Sequence record: PQ671644.1
Strand: one strand, 5' to 3'
Origin: Escherichia phage DCP80
Length of the DNA: 64,000 nucleotides
The stretch's first letter is position 1; every line of letters starts with the position of its first letter. This document shows positions 57,723 through 64,000 of the stretch, in pieces. The notes below the pieces were generated by a model. The model saw nothing but the letters and a program-made list of their open reading frames with translations. It ran no database searches and was not told the origin of the DNA. The translations under genes and the position numbers were made by a program.

Positions 57723-57920
57723 AATCATCAAACCATCACCAGAAGCTTCAACATAGTTGTTATTCAACAAGGTCTGCACACTATCAATTGATGTGTTCTG
57801 CTGGTCTAAAACAACCTCTGGACTCACGAAGTTATTTTTGTATACAAACACCAGAGCATTGACATCAGTCTCATGCAGCGCGTTCTGGGAGCATTTAACG
57901 ATATAATTTAACTTGTTCAC
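57723..57920 (-). CDS. N-terminal fragment of hypothetical protein (3' end in N-run)
   Basis: ATG at 57920; ORF-track model continues across the N-run. Confidence 0.4.
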
Positions 57921-57922
57921 AA

Positions 57923-58150
57923 TTATCCCTTAATAGATTTCATGTAATTTGATGCATATGATTGTACCACAGTACGTTTCATATGGGAAGTAGAAACAAT
58001 CACATCAATCGCTTGTTTACGTTCTTCTTTAGAATTCGCCAGTTTGAACATGTCAAAGTAGTAGTAACAAGCTTCTTTGTTAGATTTGAATTTAGCGTTG
58101 ATGTATTCTTGACCTTCATTCTGTTGTGCAGTAAACATTTTATTCTCCAA
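57923..58150 (-). CDS. Hypothetical protein, member of VQSYASNF C-terminal motif family
   Basis: 75 aa; C-terminus KQAIDVIVSTSHMKRTVVQSYASNYMKSIKG. Confidence 0.5.
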   Translation of the reverse strand: MENKMFTAQQNEGQEYINAKFKSNKEACYYYFDMFKLANSKEERKQAIDVIVSTSHMKRTVVQSYASNYMKSIKG

Positions 58151-58154
58151 AGTT

Positions 58155-58228
58155 TTTGTGATTCATTGTGTAACTCAGTATGGAATCATTATGCATCAGG
58201 TCAAGGGACTTGTACACTACTTTTTTAA
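58155..58228 (-). promoter_or_regulatory. Early promoter cassette, family A, minus strand
   Basis: Minus strand: GTGTAC (plus 58212-58217), 18-nt spacer, CATAAT (plus 58188-58193), ATTCCATACTGAGTTACAC leader. Confidence 0.6.
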
Positions 58229-58231
58229 AAT

Positions 58232-58260
58232 AAAAAAGGACCCCGAAGGGTCCTAGTCTT
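58232..58260 (-). terminator. Rho-independent terminator downstream of gene 52 (minus strand)
   Basis: GGACCC-TTCG-GGGTCC hairpin followed by TTTTTTATTTT on the minus strand. Confidence 0.7.
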
Positions 58261-58347
58261 TATCTATCTTATTACCAATAAACATACCAACAATCACACC
58301 TGCAATTGCCGCGAAAATACAAAGCAATGTAAACTCAACTCCAAAAC

Positions 58348-59727
58348 TCATAGAGCCTCCAAATCATTAAGGTATTCAGTTTTAACATCAGTTGTCTTCC
58401 AGTATTCATGCTCAGCTTTCTTAGCCTTTGCTTCGTCTGCAAGCTTCTTGGCTTCATCAGAGGTCATATGGTAGATGTTCATCGCCACTAACTTCTCTGC
58501 ATAATCGCCATATATTTCACTCGCCTGGAGTTCCTCAATCAACTTCTTACGAGGTTTCCCCTGGATAACAACCTTGCCGTCAATCACTTCTTTAATAAAG
58601 AAGACTTTTGCCCGGGCCAGTTTAAATGCTGCTTCGGTTTCTTTAATCTTACTGTCAATTCGCACTTGAACATAAGTCTTACGGACATCAACGAAATCGC
58701 GAATCAGGTCAAGCGTGTTGGTGTATTCAGCCAGCTTGCCTTTGTGATTAAGCACCGTTAAGTTCTGGGAGAGCTTCTCAATCAGACCGAAGTCTTTCAT
58801 GATTTTCTCATGATTCTCTTCTTCAGTACCATCCAGCTTGTATTCTTTGCGGAATTTAATCTTAAACCCGAAACCATGCTCGCCACAGTTATCTTTCCAG
58901 GTGATAAAACCTTTTTCTTCCAGCGGGTCCAGGATTTTACTTGTATATTTTTCCAGGTTCCATTGGACCGGGATTTCAGTAATTTCCATTTGGGTCCTGG
59001 AAGTCATTTTGTACGTGCCATGAAGTTCATACTTACCAGGCTCTTCCAGCTCAACAACTTCACCACGGAATTCTGGATATTTTACTTTCGGAGCAACCGG
59101 CTCACGACCTTCCACGATAGCTTTAACAGCTTCCTTGACGTCCTGGAACGAATGAGGAAGAATATCAGTAGCGAAGCCAACAGCAATCCCAGAAGTGGCG
59201 TTAAGTAATACAGTAGGAATAACAGGAAGATAAAAAGCAGGAGGCTTATGTTCTTCATCAGGATGGACCGGAGCATATTCTGTATCCTTAAACAAGTTAT
59301 AAAAGTTCTTTGAAACCCTTGCGAATACATAACGAGCTGATGATGCTTCTGGCACCATTCTGGAACCAAAGTTGCCTTGCCCATCAAACATGGGGTATTC
59401 ATTTTTATATGTTGCGACCAGACCAGAAGTTGCTTCTTCCGCTGATGCTTCGCCATGGTGATAACCATAATCAGCTACGCCACCTGCAATGGAGGCAACC
59501 TTATGGAATTTATTCTTATCACCACGAGCCAGGTCTAATGCTCTCGCCATAACAAATCTGTGAACTGGTTTAAAACCATCAATCATGTTTGGGATTGCGC
59601 GACCTTCCACAGTGTAGATAGCATATGATAATGCTTCCACATCAATAATGTCTTTTAGACTGCGTGGGTTAAGGGACCCCATGGAATCACTGAACTGCTT
59701 GGACATCATACTTAAAACGTCAGACAT
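58348..59727 (-). CDS. 52: Topoisomerase II medium subunit gp52 (GyrA-like)
   Basis: 459 aa; DGFKPVHRFV and active-site tyrosine region; matches T4 gp52. Confidence 0.9.
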   Translation of the reverse strand: MSDVLSMMSKQFSDSMGSLNPRSLKDIIDVEALSYAIYTVEGRAIPNMIDGFKPVHRFVMARALDLARGDKNKFHKVASIAGGVADYGYHHGEASAEEATSGLVATYKNEYPMFDGQGNFGSRMVPEASSARYVFARVSKNFYNLFKDTEYAPVHPDEEHKPPAFYLPVIPTVLLNATSGIAVGFATDILPHSFQDVKEAVKAIVEGREPVAPKVKYPEFRGEVVELEEPGKYELHGTYKMTSRTQMEITEIPVQWNLEKYTSKILDPLEEKGFITWKDNCGEHGFGFKIKFRKEYKLDGTEEENHEKIMKDFGLIEKLSQNLTVLNHKGKLAEYTNTLDLIRDFVDVRKTYVQVRIDSKIKETEAAFKLARAKVFFIKEVIDGKVVIQGKPRKKLIEELQASEIYGDYAEKLVAMNIYHMTSDEAKKLADEAKAKKAEHEYWKTTDVKTEYLNDLEAL

Positions 59728-59735
59728 ATATCACC

Positions 59736-59876
59736 TTACCAGATTAACGAATGTACTGCCATTATAGCATCAGAAATAAAAAGCACAACCTGCACTAATG
59801 CAAACATAACTCCATAATACAACGCCACCAATAAGGTAGCAAGGGCTAACGAGTAGCCCAAGATTTTCTTAATCAT
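59736..59876 (-). CDS. Small hydrophobic membrane peptide (cassette unit A, second gene)
   Basis: 46 aa; ATGA overlap with upstream gene; stop 9 nt before gene 52 RBS. Confidence 0.35.
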   Translation of the reverse strand: MIKKILGYSLALATLLVALYYGVMFALVQVVLFISDAIMAVHSLIW

Positions 59877-60024
59877 TTTTATCCAATAATTTAAATAGTG
59901 ATAAAACCGCTACGGTACCTTGAGCAATCGCCTGTGAAAATACTGAAGTTTCTCCAGTTAATAATGTTCCAACAAATACAAATGACCAACAGAAAAAAGC
60001 TACACTATAAACAAATTTATTCAT
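59869..60024 (-). CDS. Small hydrophobic membrane peptide (cassette unit A, first gene)
   Basis: 51 aa; GAGGAAAAT RBS preceded by GGCGTC-TTTG-GACGCC hairpin. Confidence 0.4.
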   Translation of the reverse strand: MNKFVYSVAFFCWSFVFVGTLLTGETSVFSQAIAQGTVAVLSLFKLLDKND

Positions 60025-60126
60025 ATTTTCCTCAATGGCGTCCAAAGACGCCTGTTAATTTCAGATTATGACGATGTCATTACAGCGCTACAGGCAGCAA
60101 GGGCTAACGAGTAGCCCAAGATTTTC

Positions 60127-60288
60127 TTAATCATTTTTAATCATCTTAAGTAAAACGACAAAAGTAGAAAGAATCCAGCCAATAAACAAAAAACTTAAGA
60201 ATAGCGGACCAGGGGTCCACACGCCTAAAAAGAAGCAAACCGAACAAACAATAGCTATAATAAGTTCAATAAAAACTAGGATAATCAT
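60127..60288 (-). CDS. Small hydrophobic membrane peptide (cassette unit B, first gene)
   Basis: 53 aa; same RBS and hairpin context as unit A. Confidence 0.4.
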   Translation of the reverse strand: MIILVFIELIIAIVCSVCFFLGVWTPGPLFLSFLFIGWILSTFVVLLKMIKND

Positions 60289-60377
60289 ATTTTCCTCAGG
60301 GGCGTCCAAAGACGCCAGTTAATTTCAGATTATAACGATGCCATTGCATCACATGTTCATTATGGAAATTACTCATA

Positions 60378-60827
60378 TTAATAGCTCTGCAGAATGAATT
60401 TAAAGTTATCAGCAAGCATGCGATTCATTTCTGAAAGGGTTTGGCAATCAGAACTATGTGAGCGAGTGAACGCCATCGCAATTTGACCTTTACCATAACC
60501 AGTTGTCAGAGGTTTCATTTTAGAAACTGGAACAAACAGGACTTCATAGATAACCCCATTGTGCGCCATTGTGCGCGACAGTTGTGAACGCTGTTTGCGG
60601 ATGTGACTTAATACAGTGTCAAACCCTTGTTGTGAACGTTGGTTACCAACGTAAAAACGTGCAGCAACAATACGTGATTCGCCTTCACCTTTAACCACGA
60701 AATAAAAACCTGGTTGGGTGATAGCCTCTTTAGTTGGGCGCCCTGCAACATAATTACCATTATGGATGTAAGCAACAGTGGTAGCGCCAGCATTCAGTAC
60801 GTCACGACGGGTCATGTAAGTAGTCAT
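60378..60827 (-). CDS. ndd: Nucleoid disruption protein Ndd
   Basis: 149 aa; ...[28 protein letters not shown]...Y.V...[20 protein letters not shown]...[18 protein letters not shown] matches T4 Ndd. Confidence 0.88.
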   Translation of the reverse strand: MTTYMTRRDVLNAGATTVAYIHNGNYVAGRPTKEAITQPGFYFVVKGEGESRIVAARFYVGNQRSQQGFDTVLSHIRKQRSQLSRTMAHNGVIYEVLFVPVSKMKPLTTGYGKGQIAMAFTRSHSSDCQTLSEMNRMLADNFKFILQSY

Positions 60828-60844
60828 ATTAATTTCCTCAGTAA

Positions 60845-60910
60845 GTTAAAGTTTTGTGCTCCAGTGGGGTCATTATACTCTGACCCCAAGAGTTTGTACA
60901 CTATTTTTGA
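60845..60910 (-). promoter_or_regulatory. Early promoter upstream of ndd with stem-loop over the -10 box
   Basis: Minus strand: GTGTAC (plus 60896-60901), 18-nt spacer, TATAAT (plus 60872-60877) inside GGGGTCA..TGACCCC hairpin. Confidence 0.55.
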
Positions 60911-61082
60911 AGTTGTNNNNNNNNNNNNNNNNNNNNNNNNNNNNNNNNNNNNNNNNNNNNNNATATCTTGGATAGTCAGTACGATTTTATCGTCTTCTTG
61001 ACAAAGCTCAATTGCGTTATTAACTACTTCAGCGGTCAGTTCGCCAAACAATTCAGTTGTTTCAATAATCATTTTCTGTTCC

Positions 61083-61280
61083 TCAACGGTTATGTTTTAA
61101 AATACTATAAAGCTCTTCGACTTGGTCTGCATTCAGACAAATCATATCATTTTCTTGCTGGATTGTGATTCCACCTTTTTCTTCCCAATCTTTAACAAAG
61201 ATGTCATCGTCGGATTCTTCATCATCTGCTAAAAGGACAATAATACCATCTTCAGAATTACCACTCGGGTCATATAACAT
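61083..61280 (-). CDS. Hypothetical acidic protein
   Basis: 65 aa from ATG with GAGGAA RBS; ORF-track start 61355 is upstream in frame. Confidence 0.4.
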   Translation of the reverse strand: MLYDPSGNSEDGIIVLLADDEESDDDIFVKDWEEKGGITIQQENDMICLNADQVEELYSILKHNR

Positions 61281-61371
61281 TACAGTTTCCTCGCTAACCA
61301 TGAAAAGAATAAACCAATTAAAACAGGCCCTACAGCCATTGTTAACCAAGCCCAAGGTTCAAGATAGTAAA

Positions 61372-61629
61372 TCATCTCATGCTCCTGTGCCAGCAATTTC
61401 GTGGCTCACGTTTAAAAATTTTGTCGTGCATTGATTGACAACCAACACAATATATCACACCTTTAATCGCTTGTCTCCGCGCTTCAGGAATTTTTTCGTC
61501 GCAGTCAAAACAGAATTCAGCAGACTCCCTTTCAACTGCAACTTGCGCTCTCGCATGGGTGATAGCGGCTTGGACAACCGCTTCCATCTCTAACTGTTCA
61601 GCACCATCTTTTGCAAATCCAACAGCCAT
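61372..61629 (-). CDS. DksA/TraR-type C4 zinc-finger protein
   Basis: 85 aa; CFDCDEKIPEARRQAIKGVIYCVGCQ gives CxxC-17-CxxC spacing. Confidence 0.55.
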   Translation of the reverse strand: MAVGFAKDGAEQLEMEAVVQAAITHARAQVAVERESAEFCFDCDEKIPEARRQAIKGVIYCVGCQSMHDKIFKREPRNCWHRSMR

Positions 61630-61811
61630 TATTCTTTCAACTCATTCAGATACTCAACCAAGGCTGCTTTAGAGTTAGCCAAATCTCGTTTACACTGTTC
61701 TATTCCAGAATATGAATAACCTTCACAATATTCAACAGCCAGGTCATTGGATGCATTTTCAATGTGCCAGGCGAGTTTGATAATTTTTTCAATCTGTTCA
61801 GTAGTTAACAT
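61629..61811 (-). CDS. Hypothetical protein
   Basis: 60-aa ORF coupled to neighbours. Confidence 0.45.
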   Translation of the reverse strand: MLTTEQIEKIIKLAWHIENASNDLAVEYCEGYSYSGIEQCKRDLANSKAALVEYLNELKE

Positions 61812-61815
61812 AATA

Positions 61816-62052
61816 TCACCAGTATTTTTTGATGGTAGAAATTAATTCTTGGACTTGAGTGTTCTTCAGCTTGCACCCACAACCTTTTAAGGTGTCTTTA
61901 AGGAGCCATGGTTCCTTGAGCTCGTCCTTTTCCAGGCGGATTCTATATCCTCTGTAATCAGCAAATATGCTTCCGTCATCAAATATCTTAATTTCAAGAA
62001 TATGATTATTGGTTTCATATTCCAATGAAACCATGGTATTTGTAAGTTTCAT
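61816..62052 (-). CDS. Hypothetical protein
   Basis: 78-aa ORF. Confidence 0.45.
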   Translation of the reverse strand: MKLTNTMVSLEYETNNHILEIKIFDDGSIFADYRGYRIRLEKDELKEPWLLKDTLKGCGCKLKNTQVQELISTIKKYW

Positions 62053-62255
62053 TATTCCACCACATATGATAATGAGAAAATTGCTGATGAAAGATGGGTA
62101 GCATCTTCTTCACACAGTTCAAATGGAGCTTTCTGTAAGAGTTCAACCACTTCTTCATCAGTGGCACTGTCCATAAAGATTGCATAATCATTAAGATAGA
62201 TAACAACCTCATCACCAGTATTAACTGCATCAATCTTGATATTTTTAATTCTCAT
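62052..62255 (-). CDS. Hypothetical protein
   Basis: 67-aa ORF behind a minus-strand family-B promoter, RBS GAGGAGAA. Confidence 0.45.
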   Translation of the reverse strand: MRIKNIKIDAVNTGDEVVIYLNDYAIFMDSATDEEVVELLQKAPFELCEEDATHLSSAIFSLSYVVE

Positions 62256-62356
62256 TGTGTTCTCCTCAGTAGTTGATGGGATAATAGTACACCCTTTTTA
62301 TGGTGTTGTAAACCCCCTAAATGAAAAAAGGTCCACCCGAAGGCAGACCTTTTGAA

Positions 62357-62740
62357 TTACTCTAATGTTAACAGATACTTAGTCTGAAAGAAAACTCCAA
62401 CGATATCGTCCAGAGTCGATTGAATAGCCTTGGGTACAACTTTATAGACTCTTTCCGAGCTTTTAATCATTTCATCTAAAAACAAAATTGTATCTTTCGG
62501 CAAGTCCGAGGCGGACGGTAATGCAGCTTTGTATTGTTTCCCGCTGTAACCTAACCATTGCTCACTGAACTGGTCGAGTGGACCTTGGATTTCTGTGAAG
62601 TAGAAATCATAAGCTTTATGGCGGGCGTAACTTTTGGTTTCAAGATGGGCGGACTTAAAATAAGCCAAAGAGACTAACAACCACCCAATATATGAATCCA
62701 CCTCAGACCCACGACCCGTTACGAAATCATCAAATTTCAT
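62357..62740 (-). CDS. Hypothetical protein
   Basis: 127-aa ORF followed by a hairpin with T-run at about 62325-62355. Confidence 0.5.
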   Translation of the reverse strand: MKFDDFVTGRGSEVDSYIGWLLVSLAYFKSAHLETKSYARHKAYDFYFTEIQGPLDQFSEQWLGYSGKQYKAALPSASDLPKDTILFLDEMIKSSERVYKVVPKAIQSTLDDIVGVFFQTKYLLTLE

Positions 62741-63023
62741 CTTCCAATTTTACCTTCATTAATTTAGCGTACTCTCTCGCCGCAGCTTTACCATCGCTTT
62801 TGCAGGTAATTTCAGTTTCGCATTGGCTTTTGTTGTTCCATTCAGTCTTGATAAACGCCCAGAACTGTTCGGATTGGTGTACGCTTGGTTCTTTGAATTG
62901 CGAATAAATCTTCATCGCACTATCTGCATATTGGGTAAACTTCCCATCTGTTGCAGAGGACAGATTTGGACCTAAACAGCCCAGGATTATTAGACTTAAT
63001 GAAAGTCCTCGAATAAGGTCCAT
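62730..63023 (-). CDS. Putative secreted lipoprotein
   Basis: 97 aa; N-terminal signal peptide with lipobox-like IILGC. Confidence 0.45.
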   Translation of the reverse strand: MDLIRGLSLSLIILGCLGPNLSSATDGKFTQYADSAMKIYSQFKEPSVHQSEQFWAFIKTEWNNKSQCETEITCKSDGKAAAREYAKLMKVKLEDEI

Positions 63024-63095
63024 AAGGACTCCTATTGTTGGTCATGATTACGCTTTGCAGCCTTAACATAGCGGAATACTAGTTAGTAACTGTAT

Positions 63096-63371
63096 TTATA
63101 GACGTTTAAAATTAAAGCAGTACTCTGAAAATAAACCTGCAAAATTACGTTCAACCCAGACCCGTTGTTTTGGACTGGTGACCGTTGACAAATAGTATGC
63201 TTGTTGCAGGCTTATTCCGTTTTTATTGGGGCACTCTTTGTTGAACGAGTGATAGGTACTTGCAACGATTTCGACTTCGCGCTCATACCTTTCCTGGTCC
63301 TGTTGCATAGGAACAAAAACCAAAACCAGGAATATCAAAATAGAGATATACGTCCAAACCTTGTATACCAT
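63096..63371 (-). CDS. Small membrane protein with N-terminal TM segment
   Basis: 91-aa ORF downstream of tk. Confidence 0.45.
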   Translation of the reverse strand: MVYKVWTYISILIFLVLVFVPMQQDQERYEREVEIVASTYHSFNKECPNKNGISLQQAYYLSTVTSPKQRVWVERNFAGLFSEYCFNFKRL

Positions 63372-63378
63372 GTGAACC

Positions 63379-63951
63379 TCAGCTTGTTAATTCGAGCCAA
63401 TGTTTTCTGCACAAAGATACGTACGATTCATTCCCACCGACCAATACTTGCTCGCCGTCCTTTACAGCAGCACCGTCGATTACTCGAGCGGTCATGGTTG
63501 CTTTCCGGCCGCAATGGCAGACGCCCTTTAATTCAACCAGTTTATCCGAAATAGCCAGAAGTCTGGCCGAACCGGGAAATAATTGACCCCGAAAATCTGT
63601 TCTTAACCCGTAACACATAACGGGGATATTGTAATTATCAACCACTTGAGCTAACTGGTCAATTTGCTCTGGTAACAAAAATTGAGCTTCATCGACCAGG
63701 ACACAATGGATATCCTTTTGAGACTCGGCCCATTTATAGAATTCAAACAGGTTCATGTCGGCCGTTACCAGGTTTGCTTCCTGGCTAATACCGATGCGTG
63801 ATTTAATTTCGCCTTCCGAGTCCCGATTATCAATAACAGGTTTTAGCAAAAGCACACTCATTCCACGCTCTTTATAGGAATAAGCTGCAGTCAGCAATGA
63901 AGCTGTTTTGCCTGCATTCATTGCTGCGTAATGATAAATTAAACTCGCCAT
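63379..63951 (-). CDS. tk: Thymidine kinase
   Basis: 190 aa; P-loop MNAGKT, DEAQF, zinc ligands CHCGRKAT...LCRKH; matches T4 and E. coli Tdk. Confidence 0.9.
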   Translation of the reverse strand: MASLIYHYAAMNAGKTASLLTAAYSYKERGMSVLLLKPVIDNRDSEGEIKSRIGISQEANLVTADMNLFEFYKWAESQKDIHCVLVDEAQFLLPEQIDQLAQVVDNYNIPVMCYGLRTDFRGQLFPGSARLLAISDKLVELKGVCHCGRKATMTARVIDGAAVKDGEQVLVGGNESYVSLCRKHWLELTS

Positions 63952-64000
63952 ATCACCTTCTTAAAGCGTATTCACATAAGCTATTAATTCGTTTTCTTTC

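Noticed and set aside
57567-57920. 117-aa ORF spanning the 55-nt N-run
   Set aside because: Frame continuity across unknown-length gap cannot be assumed; reported only as an N-terminal fragment on the right side, and the left-side C-terminal fragment (57567-57667) was not called as a feature.

Overview
This window is T4-like (T-even) phage DNA made of 16 pieces separated by 15 N-runs (2054-2102, 7308-7322, 12028-12062, 16528-16562, 24922-24962, 29046-29102, 33153-33182, 36995-37022, 40719-40742, 44127-44162, 47537-47582, 50945-51002, 54358-54362, 57668-57722, 60917-60962). Inside each piece gene order follows T4 synteny, but synteny and reading frame break at the N-runs and several loci occur twice as slightly diverged copies. 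The window therefore looks like a scaffold or concatenation of non-contiguous segments, probably from at least two closely related T-even genomes, not one contiguous genome. Protein identities are from my recollection of T4 protein sequences and conserved motifs, not from a database search. Recognised content: replication and recombination genes (41, 40, uvsX, 62 start, 44, 45, 46, 47, 61 twice, dda, dexA, ligase 30, rnlA); nucleotide metabolism (56 twice, nrdB exon 2 behind a group I intron, denA, tk); head genes (21, 22, 23, 24 start, soc twice); tail genes (17 C-terminus, 18, 19 start); two different long-tail-fibre tip modules (T4-type 36-37-38 and T2-type 37 plus 38 adhesin), each followed by the same holin t 5' end; rIIA and rIIB, ndd, 52, late sigma factor 55, an Alt-like ADP-ribosyltransferase with a truncated paralogue, three tRNAs, an HNH endonuclease between 18 and 19, and many small early ORFs behind repeated promoter and stem-loop cassettes. 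No CRISPR array, integrase or transposase was seen. The most interesting observations are the two receptor-binding modules meeting at an identical 111-bp junction, the inverted near-identical 61-56-soc block, and the repeated promoter cassettes. Coordinates of partial genes stop at the N-runs; ORF-track models that read through N-runs were not accepted.
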